Source: an uncultured Pseudomonadota bacterium (GTDB lineage: Bacteria > Pseudomonadota > Gammaproteobacteria > Burkholderiales > Burkholderiaceae_E). Taken from it: a stretch of 64,000 bases of DNA. The DNA is taken from NCBI GenBank assembly GCA_963844195.1, contig CAWJNC010000004.1, forward strand, positions 1,289,589 to 1,353,588, written 5' to 3'. The notes beneath the pieces are model-generated. The model did no database searches and was not told where the DNA came from. It saw only the letters and a list, made by a program, of their open reading frames with translations. Shown in pieces: positions 18,031 to 26,672 of this stretch. Made by a program: the position numbers and the translations under genes. The stretch's first letter is position 1, and the number at the start of each line of letters is the position of its first letter.

Positions 18031-19404
18031 ATGTCTCATTCGAATGAAACTGCGTGGCTCGGCGCGCGCTTAGCCGAGTGGGCGGCCCGGCTGCGATACG
18101 AGGACCTCCCGCCAACAGTGGTGGCGAAAGCGAAGGTATTATTGCTCGACACCTTGTCGGTGGGTTGGGCCGGCTCTGGTGCCGAGGGTATCGCCGAGGT
18201 GCGCGCCCTCGTGCAGGCGCAAGGAGGCGCGGCGGAGAGCAGCATCTGGTCGTTTGGCGGGTGCTTGCCGGCCCCGCAAGCCGCGTTCCTCAATGGTGCC
18301 ATGGCGGCAGCGCTCGACTTCGACAGCGTTCACGACCTCGCCGGCGCGCATTCCGACATCGTGGTTATTCCCGCGGTGTTGGCGCTGGCCGAGCGCGAAC
18401 GCCTCTCGGGCCGTGAGTTTCTCACCGCCTATGCGGCGGGAAGCGAGATCCTCGTGCGGCTTTCGCTGGCGGTCCGCTCTCGGCCGGGATGGTTCTACTC
18501 CTCGGTGCTCGGTGTGTTCGGCGCCGCCGCCGGGGCGGCGCGCGCGCTTAGGCTGGATGCGGCACGCGCGCGCCATGCCATGGGGGTAGCGCTCAGTCGC
18601 GCGGCGGGCACGCAGCAAACGCTGGCCGAGCGCAGCCTCACCAAGCGCCTGCAGTCCGCGTTCGCGGCACGCGACGGGGTCGAGTCGGCGCTGCTTGCTG
18701 CGTGCGGCGTCACTGCGCCGGCGCAGATGTTTGAGGGCGCGGCCGGCTTCTCGGCGCTCTACGGCGAGATCGACGCGGCCGTTGCCCTCGAAGGGCTCGG
18801 CCGGGAGTTCCACTTCACCGCGCTCACGATGAAGAAGTACGCGAGCTGCTACTGTAACCACGCCGCAATCCAGGCCGCGCTTGACCTCGTGCACCGCCAT
18901 GGGCTGCGCGCAGCAGAGGTGCGCGAAGCAGCCGTGCGCATTACGCCCTTCATGGCACGGCTCGTCGGCGCCCCCTATGCTCCGGGCGACAATCCGCAGG
19001 TCTCGGCGCAATTCAGCGTGCAATACTCGGTCGCAAACGTTCTCCTGAGAGGCCGCTTCGTTGTCGAGGACATTCTGCCCACTGCAGCAACAGCCCCGGA
19101 GGTTTGCGCGCTCGCCTCACGCGTGCGGGTCGAGATCGATGACACGCAGGTGGGCAAGTTCCTCCCGGCCACGGTGCGCGTGCGCACCGCCTCGGGCGCG
19201 GCGTTGGAGGCGACGGTGACGCAGCTTCCCGGCACGCCTTCGAACCCGATGCCGATATCGGAACTGGACGCGAAGGCGCTCACGTGCCTCGGCGCCGGCG
19301 TTCGGCCATTCCAGCAGGATGCAGCTCGGCGGTTCGCAGTGCGAATCGCGGGCGTCGATACCGTGACGGACATGCGAGAATTCTTTTCGCCGACCTTGCA
19401 TTGA
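18031..19404 (+). CDS. MmgE/PrpD-family protein (2-methylcitrate dehydratase-like)
   Basis: Intact 457-aa ORF. The N-terminus LAEWAARLRYEDLPPTVVAKAKVLLLDTLSVGWAG and the overall length are typical of MmgE/PrpD proteins. Confidence 0.8.
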   Translation: MSHSNETAWLGARLAEWAARLRYEDLPPTVVAKAKVLLLDTLSVGWAGSGAEGIAEVRALVQAQGGAAESSIWSFGGCLPAPQAAFLNGAMAAALDFDSVHDLAGAHSDIVVIPAVLALAERERLSGREFLTAYAAGSEILVRLSLAVRSRPGWFYSSVLGVFGAAAGAARALRLDAARARHAMGVALSRAAGTQQTLAERSLTKRLQSAFAARDGVESALLAACGVTAPAQMFEGAAGFSALYGEIDAAVALEGLGREFHFTALTMKKYASCYCNHAAIQAALDLVHRHGLRAAEVREAAVRITPFMARLVGAPYAPGDNPQVSAQFSVQYSVANVLLRGRFVVEDILPTAATAPEVCALASRVRVEIDDTQVGKFLPATVRVRTASGAALEATVTQLPGTPSNPMPISELDAKALTCLGAGVRPFQQDAARRFAVRIAGVDTVTDMREFFSPTLH

Positions 19405-19447
19405 CTTTCTCCGCAAAGCGAAGATTCAGCTCGAATAGGATGCGCAA

Positions 19448-20245
19448 ATGACAACCCCGCCGGTGAAACGAATGGAAGGAAGGGTGGCCTTCATTACGGG
19501 CGGCGGCGCGGGCATCGGCGCCGAATCGGCGCTGCAGTTCTCCCGCGAGGGCGCGAAGATCATCATCGCCGACCTTGACGAGCGCACCGGCCAGGCGGCC
19601 GCGGACGCCGTCGTGGCCAAGGGCGGCGAGGCGATCTTCGTGCGCACCGATGTGACGAACGAGGACAGCGTCCGGGCGGCGGCGGATGCGGGCGTGGCGA
19701 AGTTCGGCGGAATCGATGCGCTACTGTGCTCGGCGGGCGGCTCCCTGCCCGCCGATTCGCCGATTACCGAGGTCGATATGGCGGTCTGGGACCGCACCAT
19801 GGTCCTGGACGTGAAGGGCACGATGCTCGCCTGCCGGCACGTCATCCCGAAGATCATCGCGGCAGGCGGCGGGTCGGTGGTCAACATGTCCTCGGGCGCC
19901 GGGCTGCGTGGCTCCAATCCGGCCCACATCTACACCGCGGCGAAAGGTGCCATCATCTCGCTCACGCGCACGCTTTCCGGCACCTACGCCCTGATGAACG
20001 TGCGCGTGAACTGCATCTGCGCCGGCCGGATCAACACTGAGCGCGTGCGCAGGACCTACGGCATGCCCGGCAAGCCGGGCAGCGCGCCCGACCGGCAGAA
20101 CGTAACCGAGCAGCTGAAGACCTATCCGTTCTGGATGGGTGAACCCGGGGACATCGCGGCGATCGCACTCTTCCTCGCCTCGAACGAGTCGCGGATGATT
20201 ACCGGCGCCGCGATCGCTGCCGACGGCGGACGCTCCGCCTACTGA
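19448..20245 (+). CDS. SDR-family oxidoreductase
   Basis: Intact 265-aa ORF. It has VAFITGGGAGIGAESA, the YTAAKGA catalytic Y-x3-K, and GAAIAADGG. Confidence 0.85.
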   Translation: MTTPPVKRMEGRVAFITGGGAGIGAESALQFSREGAKIIIADLDERTGQAAADAVVAKGGEAIFVRTDVTNEDSVRAAADAGVAKFGGIDALLCSAGGSLPADSPITEVDMAVWDRTMVLDVKGTMLACRHVIPKIIAAGGGSVVNMSSGAGLRGSNPAHIYTAAKGAIISLTRTLSGTYALMNVRVNCICAGRINTERVRRTYGMPGKPGSAPDRQNVTEQLKTYPFWMGEPGDIAAIALFLASNESRMITGAAIAADGGRSAY

Positions 20246-20258
20246 CGAGGAGAATAAG

Positions 20259-21230
20259 GTGAACCCGCTTACACGCCCTGGTGTGCTCTTGTTGTGGGGC
20301 TTTTTCAGCCTGTTCGCGGGAGGGGCGCACGCGGAATGGCCGGAGAAGCCGGTCAGGATCCTGGTCAGCTACCCCGCCGGCGGCGCAAACGACCAGATCG
20401 CGCGCGTGGTGGCCGCCCGCCTGACCGATGCGCTCAAGCAGAACTTCGTCGTCGAGAACCGCACCGGTGCGGCCGGCTCGATCGCCGCCGAGACGGCCGC
20501 CCGGGCGGCACCGGACGGCTACACGCTTTATATGATCTCCAGCGCACAACTGATCACGCCCGCGGTCCGGAAGTCGGTTCCCTACGACCCGGTGAAGGAC
20601 TTCCGCGCGATCGCGCTGTGCGCCATTGGCCCGTATTTCCTCGTGGTTCACAAGGACGTCCCGGCGAAGAACCTGGCGGAGTTCGTCGCGCTGGCCAAGT
20701 CGCGACCGAAGGCGCTCAGCTATGCTTCCTCGGGCGTCGGCGCGGGTCCGCACCTGACATCCAGCCTGTTCTGGACGCAAGCGGGGATCGAGCTCGAACA
20801 CGTGCCCTACCGCGGTGATGCGGACGCCATCGTTGACCTCATCGGCGGCCGCGTACAGGCTGCGTTCATGTCCACCAATGCCACCAATCCGCACCTCCTC
20901 TCCGGCGCGCTGCGCGCGCTGGCGGTCTCCGGCACCGAGCGCTCCGCGCTCCAGCCTGACGTGCCGACCGTAGCCGAGAGCGGCTATCCCGGCTTCGACA
21001 TGGGAGCGTGGTGGGGGCTGGTCGGCCAGGCCGAGGTCCCCGACGACGTGGTGCGCAAGGCGGCGGCCGCGGTGAGGACGATCCTGGATTCGCCCGAGTT
21101 CGCCGTAGCGGTTGCGCCGCAGGGCGTCACGCCCGGCAAGCTCGGGCCGGAGGCGTTCGCGCGGCGGATCGTCGAGGACACCGCGAAGTTCGCGGAGGTC
21201 GTGAAGCGCGCGGGGATCCAGCCGGAGTGA
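20259..21230 (+). CDS. Bug/TctC-family substrate-binding protein
   Basis: GTG start with GAGGAGA upstream. After a signal peptide comes WPEKPVRILVSYPAGGANDQIARV. Length is 323 aa. Confidence 0.85.
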   Translation: MNPLTRPGVLLLWGFFSLFAGGAHAEWPEKPVRILVSYPAGGANDQIARVVAARLTDALKQNFVVENRTGAAGSIAAETAARAAPDGYTLYMISSAQLITPAVRKSVPYDPVKDFRAIALCAIGPYFLVVHKDVPAKNLAEFVALAKSRPKALSYASSGVGAGPHLTSSLFWTQAGIELEHVPYRGDADAIVDLIGGRVQAAFMSTNATNPHLLSGALRALAVSGTERSALQPDVPTVAESGYPGFDMGAWWGLVGQAEVPDDVVRKAAAAVRTILDSPEFAVAVAPQGVTPGKLGPEAFARRIVEDTAKFAEVVKRAGIQPE

Positions 21231-22291
21231 GCTCACATGGTGGACTCGTCGTCATCCTGGGCGGTGGGGCAGTTGGCAGCTACGTAGGCGGAATGCTCGC
21301 GGTGGCCGGCGTGGAGGTCGTGCTGGTGGACGGCTGGCCGGAGCACGTCGAGGCGATCCGCGCGCGCGGCCTGACGATCGCTTCGCCGGAGGGAGAATTC
21401 GTCGCGCGACTCGAGGCGTGGCACTTGGCCGACGCCTACCGCCTGCGCGGGCGCCAGGCCAGGGTCGCCTTTCTCGCCGCCAAGCTCTACGACACGGACT
21501 GGTCCGCGAGGCTGCTCGCGCAATGGCTTGCGGCGGACGTGCCGGTGGCGACCATGCAGAACGGCTTGGTGGAGGAAACGGTCGCCCGCGCGGTTGGCTG
21601 GGGCAGGACGCTTGGCGTCATCGCCGGCGGCCTGGACGTTTCCCTGACCGGCCCGGGCTCGGTGCGCCGCTCGCGAAGGCGCGGCGGCGGCACCACGTTC
21701 AAGATCGGCGAGCTGCATGGGCGGTTCACGCCGCGGGCGCATTGGCTGGCCAAGGTGCTGGAACAGGTCGACCACGCGAAGGTGACCGCCGACCTGTGGG
21801 GCGAGCGCTGGGTGAAGCTCTGCGCCAACAGCATGACGACCGGGCTCTCCGGGCTCACCGGCCTCTCGCTCCGCGAGGTCTATATGCGCGAGGACACCCG
21901 CGGATTCGCGGTCAAGCTCGCAGCCGAAGCGCTGGTAGTCGGCCGCGCGCTCGGCTTCGACGCGCCGCAGCTCTTCGGCGCCCCCTCTGAAGCGTGGCTT
22001 TCGGCCGCGGCTGGCGATGCCGCGTCGCTTGCGCAGGTCATGGACGCCCTGAAGAGGCAGGCGGAATCGATGAGTGGGGACGGGATGTCGGGCACCCTAC
22101 AGGATCTGCGCAAGGAACGCCCCACCGAGGTCGAGTTCTTCAATGGCTTCATCGCCGCGGAGGGCAGGCGTGCCGGCCTCAAGGTTCATGCGCATGCCGC
22201 CATGGCGGAGATGATCCGCGAGGCCGAAAGCAGGCAGCGGCCGATCAGTCTCGATGCGTTTCCCGTGCTTCAGGCGCGCGCCGGGGCATAG
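21227..22291 (+). CDS. ketopantoate reductase (PanE/ApbA) family oxidoreductase
   Basis: Track ORF 21008..22291 is over-extended. GTG 21227 (GTGA overlap with the Bug stop) gives MSSHGGLVVILGGGAVGSYVGGMLAVAGVEVVLV (Rossmann GxGxxG). The C-terminal part (EVEFFNGFIAAEGRRAGL) fits the ApbA_C domain. Confidence 0.7.
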   Translation: MSSHGGLVVILGGGAVGSYVGGMLAVAGVEVVLVDGWPEHVEAIRARGLTIASPEGEFVARLEAWHLADAYRLRGRQARVAFLAAKLYDTDWSARLLAQWLAADVPVATMQNGLVEETVARAVGWGRTLGVIAGGLDVSLTGPGSVRRSRRRGGGTTFKIGELHGRFTPRAHWLAKVLEQVDHAKVTADLWGERWVKLCANSMTTGLSGLTGLSLREVYMREDTRGFAVKLAAEALVVGRALGFDAPQLFGAPSEAWLSAAAGDAASLAQVMDALKRQAESMSGDGMSGTLQDLRKERPTEVEFFNGFIAAEGRRAGLKVHAHAAMAEMIREAESRQRPISLDAFPVLQARAGA

Positions 22292-22308
22292 GGCTTGACG
22301 AAGTACGT

Positions 22309-23277
22309 CTAGCTGATTTCGATCACTATCTTGCCGACATGCTCGTCCCTCTCCATGTATTCATGGGCGGCGGCGATGTCGTCGAGCCGGAAAGTGCGCT
22401 GCACCACCGGCTGCAGGCGGCCGTCGGCGAGGGCGTCCAGCAGGTCCGCCGCGCAGCACTGCACGCACGCGATACGCTCTTCCTTGCTGCGGGTGCGGAA
22501 GGTGACGCCGATCAGTCTTACGCGCCGCAGTGCGAGCAGGTCGAGATCGATGGCGCCGACGTTCGAGGCGAGGCGACCGACGCTGACCATGCGGCCCTTC
22601 ACCGCCATCGCTTCGAGGTTCTCCTGCAGCGTGCGGCCACCGATGCTGTCGATCAGAACGTCGACGCCCTTTCCGCCGGTCGCTTCTGCGATTGCCTTCG
22701 CGCCGCCCTCGCGGGCGACGATGCCTGCCGTCATGCCGTAGGCGTGAAGCTTTTCCAGCTTCGCGGGCGAACGCGAACTGGCGATCACAGGCTGCGCGCC
22801 GAGGAGTCGGGCGATCTGCAGCGCCGCCACGCCGATGCCTGAGGAGGCGGCATTGACGAGGATGGACTCGTCTTTCTTCAGGCCGGCATTGGTGACGATC
22901 GCGTCATGCGCCGTGCAGAATACGTTCAGCCAGGCGCCAGCTTCGACCCAGGACAGGCGTAGCGGAACCGGCACCAGCAGCCGTTCGTCTGCCGCGACGT
23001 ACTCCGCTTGACCCGCGCGCCAGTGGCCCATGACCCGGTCGCCGGGCTTAAAGCGTGTCGCACCCGCGCCTGGCGCCACAATTTCGCCTGCAAATTCAAT
23101 GCCGGTCGGCTGCGGAGCGCCGGTCGTGAGCGCACGGCGGACGGCAAGCTCGCCGCGGTTGAGGCCGGCGGCGCGCACCCGCACCAACGCTTCGCCGGCT
23201 GCTGGCTCGGGCTTCGGTATCTCCCGCACTTCCGGCACCGCCCCGCCGGCACGGGGAACGAACACGACGGCGCGCAC
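22309..23277 (-). CDS. zinc-type alcohol dehydrogenase / NADPH:quinone oxidoreductase family protein
   Basis: This is the C-terminal 322 codons of track ORF 22309..23955. GTG 23277 overlaps the upstream stop (TAGTG). The sequence reads VRAVVFVPRAGG...GEALVRVRAAGLNRGE...LVNAASSGIGVAALQIARLLGA. The upstream part of the track ORF is a shadow of the CMD gene in another frame. Confidence 0.8.
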   Translation of the reverse strand: MRAVVFVPRAGGAVPEVREIPKPEPAAGEALVRVRAAGLNRGELAVRRALTTGAPQPTGIEFAGEIVAPGAGATRFKPGDRVMGHWRAGQAEYVAADERLLVPVPLRLSWVEAGAWLNVFCTAHDAIVTNAGLKKDESILVNAASSGIGVAALQIARLLGAQPVIASSRSPAKLEKLHAYGMTAGIVAREGGAKAIAEATGGKGVDVLIDSIGGRTLQENLEAMAVKGRMVSVGRLASNVGAIDLDLLALRRVRLIGVTFRTRSKEERIACVQCCAADLLDALADGRLQPVVQRTFRLDDIAAAHEYMERDEHVGKIVIEIS

Positions 23278-23843
23278 TACTTCTTCACCTGGCTTTCGAA
23301 GATCTTCCGCACGTCCTTCGACGAAGGCCCGCCGCCTTCCTCGAGCGCGACTTCGGTGTTCTCCAGAACTTGCGCCAGCAGCACGTACAGGCCGATGACG
23401 ACGAGCAGTTCCATGGTGAGCTCGTGGCCGAGCGCGGCCGTGGTGGCGGCGAACAGCTCGTCGTCGGCCTTGATTTTGCGCACCACCTGTTCGGTCATGC
23501 GCAGGACAAGCAGCTCGTTGCCGTCGTAGAGCGCAGGATCCGCATCGAGCGCGGCACCGTCGATTTTTTTTCGGGTGAGGCCGATTGCCTGCGCGATCTT
23601 GCGGTGTTGGGCCACCTCGTAGGAGGATCCGCACAGATTCCCTACACGCAGGATCACGAGCTCGCGCAGCACCGGGTCGAGCTTGGCGCGGTAGAGCACG
23701 GCGCCGGTAAGCTCCATGATGCCCGGCATCAGCGCCGGGGCGTGCGCCATCATCCGGAACACGTTGCGCGGCGGGCGCGCATCGAGCAGTGCCTGTACGG
23801 CGGGCGGGACGCTCTCCGCGACCGGATAGGGCATTCGGTTCAT
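23277..23843 (-). CDS. carboxymuconolactone decarboxylase (AhpD-like) family protein
   Basis: Intact 188-aa ORF: ...LRELVILRVGNLCGSSYEVAQHRKIAQAIGLT...ELLVLRMTEQV...ELTMELLVVIGLY. This is typical of the CMD family. Confidence 0.7.
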   Translation of the reverse strand: MNRMPYPVAESVPPAVQALLDARPPRNVFRMMAHAPALMPGIMELTGAVLYRAKLDPVLRELVILRVGNLCGSSYEVAQHRKIAQAIGLTRKKIDGAALDADPALYDGNELLVLRMTEQVVRKIKADDELFAATTAALGHELTMELLVVIGLYVLLAQVLENTEVALEEGGGPSSKDVRKIFESQVKK

Positions 23844-23953
23844 GGGTCAATCCACCTTGAATTCGGCGTTGTTCAATGAATATACTGCCATGCATTGACG
23901 CCGGTGTAGAAGGCGATGAGCAGGGTCGTCGCGCGGGAGTCAGGGAGACTGGC

Positions 23954-24721
23954 ATGGGCCGGGTACAGGATCAGGTTGCAGTGGTGACTGGTGCCGCGCA
24001 CGGACTGGGGCGGGCGATCGCGATACGCCTCGCGGAAGAGGGCGCGCGCCTCGCGCTGGGCGACGTGGACGGCCCGGCGCTGGAGAAGACGGTCGCCAAT
24101 ATACAGTCAGGGGGCGGGACAGCTTTCGGGCTGGTGGGCGATGTCACCGACGAAGGCCCGGCGGCGAAGCTCATCGCGGAGGCTGTGGCGCGCTACGGCG
24201 GGCACCTCGATGTCCTCGTCAATAACGTGGGCGGTGGAGCGCGCGGCAAGATCTGGGAGATGCCGGTCGAGGCCTGGGATTCGGTGATGCGCCTCAACCT
24301 GCGCGGCACCTTCCTCTGCACCCGCGCCGCGGCGCCGATCATGATGAAGCAGCGCTCGGGCCGCATCGTGTGCCTGTCTTCGGGCGCGCGCGAGGGCACA
24401 CCCTGGACCGCCTACAGTTCGGGCGGCTCTGCGTATTCCACGACGAAGGCGGGCGTGCACGGCTTCATCCGCGACGTGTCTCTTGAACTCGGCGAGTACG
24501 GCATCTGCGTCAACGCCGTCGCGCCCGGGCCCATTGACACCGAGCGCGCGGGGCCGAAGCTGCGCAAGCTGGACGAGGCGATTGAACACGGTCCGACCCA
24601 CCTGACACCGCTCAAGCGGCTCGGCCTGCCGGTCGAGGTCGCGAACGCCGTCCTTTTCCTCGCCTCCGGGGAGGCGAGCTACATTACGGGGGTGACGCTG
24701 CAGGTCACCGGTGGCCGCTGA
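23954..24721 (+). CDS. SDR-family oxidoreductase
   Basis: Track ORF 23876..24721. ATG 23954 with GGGAG upstream gives MGRVQDQVAVVTGAAHGLGRAIAIRL. It has YSTTKAG (Y-x3-K). It is divergent from the CMD/QOR pair. Confidence 0.85.
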   Translation: MGRVQDQVAVVTGAAHGLGRAIAIRLAEEGARLALGDVDGPALEKTVANIQSGGGTAFGLVGDVTDEGPAAKLIAEAVARYGGHLDVLVNNVGGGARGKIWEMPVEAWDSVMRLNLRGTFLCTRAAAPIMMKQRSGRIVCLSSGAREGTPWTAYSSGGSAYSTTKAGVHGFIRDVSLELGEYGICVNAVAPGPIDTERAGPKLRKLDEAIEHGPTHLTPLKRLGLPVEVANAVLFLASGEASYITGVTLQVTGGR

Positions 24722-24787
24722 CGCTGGTGCACGGCACGATCGGGCTGATCGACGGGCTGAACGAGCAGCAAGCAGAAGGAGAAAAAG

Positions 24788-25756
24788 CTACTCCTGCTTG
24801 ATATTCCCGCGCGCCACGACGTCCTTCCAGTGCGCAATTTCCTCGCGGACGAGCGCGGTGAACTCGGCGGCGCTGGTCGGCGTGGGTTCCCCGCCAAGCT
24901 GGATGATTTTGGCCGAAATCTCGGGGCTCGTGACCGATTCGCGGATCTCCTTGCTGATGCGATTGACAATGTTTTCGGGCGTTCCTGCCGCGACAAACAC
25001 CCCTAGCCAGCCCTCTACCTTGTAGTCGGCGAACCCCGCTTCCGCCGCTGTCGGGACGTCGGGCAGGAGCGGGATGCGCTTGCCGGTTGTGACGGCGTGC
25101 GCGTGGACCCTGCCGGCGGAAATCTGCATGGCGATCGACGGAATGTCGATGAAGCCGATGTCGGATTCGCCGCTGACGAGCGCGAGTGCCGCCTGGGAGC
25201 CGCCTTTGTAGGGAATGATCGTCAGGGGCGTGTTGCCGACCAGCTTGAAGAACTCGGCGCTCAACAAGGTGCCCGACCCGGAGACGGCAGCATTCAGCCC
25301 GCCTGGCCGTGTTTTCGAAAGCGCCACGAGGTCGCGAAGGTTCTTCACGGGCAGCGCGGCCGTCGACACGATGATGAAGGCCTGCGTGACCGTCTGTGCA
25401 ACAGGCTGGAAGGTTTTCAGGACATCGAAGGGGGGCTCCTTCTTGATGGCCGGCGTCACCGCGATGCTCTGCGATTCGAACAGCACCGTATAGCCGTCGG
25501 CGGGCGCCTTGGCCACCACGTCGCCGCCGATCGCGCCGCTTGCCCCAGGCCGATTCTCGATGATGAAGGGCTGCTTGTGGATCTCCGAAAGCCGCGCGCC
25601 GACCATACGGGCGACGATGTCCGTGCCGCCGCCGGCGGTATAAGGGACAATGAAGCGGACCGGTTTCGAGGGCCATTCTTGCGCCACTGCCGACGAGGCG
25701 GCGAACGCGGAACAGAGAACACCAGCGAGCAAGGGTATCGCTCTGCAGAATGACAT
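24788..25756 (-). CDS. Bug/TctC-family substrate-binding protein
   Basis: Intact 322-aa ORF. The signal peptide MSFCRAIPLLAGVLCSAFAASSAVAQ is followed by EWPSKPVRFIVPYTAGGGTDIVARM. Confidence 0.85.
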   Translation of the reverse strand: MSFCRAIPLLAGVLCSAFAASSAVAQEWPSKPVRFIVPYTAGGGTDIVARMVGARLSEIHKQPFIIENRPGASGAIGGDVVAKAPADGYTVLFESQSIAVTPAIKKEPPFDVLKTFQPVAQTVTQAFIIVSTAALPVKNLRDLVALSKTRPGGLNAAVSGSGTLLSAEFFKLVGNTPLTIIPYKGGSQAALALVSGESDIGFIDIPSIAMQISAGRVHAHAVTTGKRIPLLPDVPTAAEAGFADYKVEGWLGVFVAAGTPENIVNRISKEIRESVTSPEISAKIIQLGGEPTPTSAAEFTALVREEIAHWKDVVARGNIKQE

Positions 25757-25805
25757 GGCCGCTCCAGTGTCTGTGTCAGCTGAATATAATCATATAATTC
25801 GCCAC

Positions 25806-26477
25806 ATGGTAGGGCCGATTCTTTATATCGCAGAGGTGGATTACCCTGCGGAACACAGTGCGCCCCACGGCAAGTGGAACGACTGGTACGCGCACCGTCA
25901 TGCACCGGACCTATTCAAGCTTGGCGCGCGCAGCGTCTCTTCGTACCGGTCAGCCGTCGGCGGGCTCGCTGTGCTGAACGTCTACGAGATACCCGACGCG
26001 GCGGTCTTCTCGACGCCTGCGTACAAGGGCATGACGCCCAAGGATCCCTACGCCACCGAGACGCGCGAACTCTCCGCGGGGAAGAAGCGTGCGCAGACGC
26101 TGTATCTCGAGCGCGCGGTTCTGCCGGCAGACGGCCAGACAATCGACGCTGACTGGATATCGGTGCTGCGTTTCGATCTGCCGAATTCCGCGGATGTCGC
26201 GCTGCTCGATTGGCTGCAAGGTGACGCGCGCAAGATCCTCGTGGCGCACGGCGTCAAGCACCTGCGCTATGGCACGCGTATTGCGGATAACGTCGGCGCC
26301 GGCAGCTTCCGACCACGCTGCGTGATCTTCGCAGAATGGGCCGTCCGGCCGCCGGAAGCGGCGGACCTGCTACCCGGGCTCGCGCGACGCTTTGACGCCG
26401 CGGTGACCGGAGCCGAGAACTTCGTCGGCTGGCGGGCCTATCCCTGGCCTGACGCTAAGCGCGTAGGTGAAGCTTAA
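25806..26477 (+). CDS. hypothetical protein (no family recognised)
   Basis: Track ORF 25650..26477. I prefer ATG 25806 (MVGPILYIAEVDYPAEHSAPHGKWNDWYAHRHAPDLFKLG...). The frame is open and GC3-rich for its whole length. I do not recognise the domain. Confidence 0.5.
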   Translation: MVGPILYIAEVDYPAEHSAPHGKWNDWYAHRHAPDLFKLGARSVSSYRSAVGGLAVLNVYEIPDAAVFSTPAYKGMTPKDPYATETRELSAGKKRAQTLYLERAVLPADGQTIDADWISVLRFDLPNSADVALLDWLQGDARKILVAHGVKHLRYGTRIADNVGAGSFRPRCVIFAEWAVRPPEAADLLPGLARRFDAAVTGAENFVGWRAYPWPDAKRVGEA

Positions 26478-26600
26478 GCAAGATCTGCGCGAAGTCTGCT
26501 GCATCGGATCGGAAAACATCCAGCGGCACCTGCTGGCGGGGCTTCCGCGCATCGACTACTATCGGACGGCACTATCCGGTCTGCAGAACTCGCGCAGACC

Positions 26601-26666
26601 CATCGGATACCCATCGGATACCCATCGGATACCCATTGGAGACTCATTGGAGACTCATTGGAGAGC
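26601..26666. repeat. six tandem 11-bp units in two families: (CATCGGATACC)x3 then (CATTGGAGACT)x2 plus CATTGGAGAGC
   Basis: Read directly. The units are 26601-11, 26612-22, 26623-33, 26634-44, 26645-55 and 26656-66. The array ends 6 nt before the deacetylase ATG at 26673. The last unit supplies the GGAGAG Shine-Dalgarno sequence. Confidence 0.9.
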
Positions 26667-26672
26667 CTGGCC

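Noticed and set aside
23844-23953. Short inverted repeats in the CMD/SDR divergent intergenic region (TTGAA...TTCAA, CAATG...CATTG) considered as an operator.
   Set aside because: The arms are only 5 bp with long, unequal spacers, and no regulator gene is adjacent. This is within chance expectation for a 110-bp AT-richer spacer.
22309-23955. The 548-aa ORF that would fuse the quinone oxidoreductase with a long N-terminal extension. There are similar over-extended track ORFs at 8904..10883, 6777..8183, 62067..63434 and 49724..51070.
   Set aside because: The extensions overlap independently supported genes or remnants in other frames (the CMD gene, IS remnants, the GST remnant) and read as low-complexity sequence. 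Internal starts with RBS or stop-start overlaps give proteins of normal family length.
26601-26666. The tandem repeat array considered as a CRISPR array or minisatellite-encoded peptide.
   Set aside because: The units are 11 bp with no spacers, and no cas genes are nearby. The only ORF through the array (26467..26742) has no start context and reads as junk. I kept it as a regulatory or contingency-repeat candidate instead.
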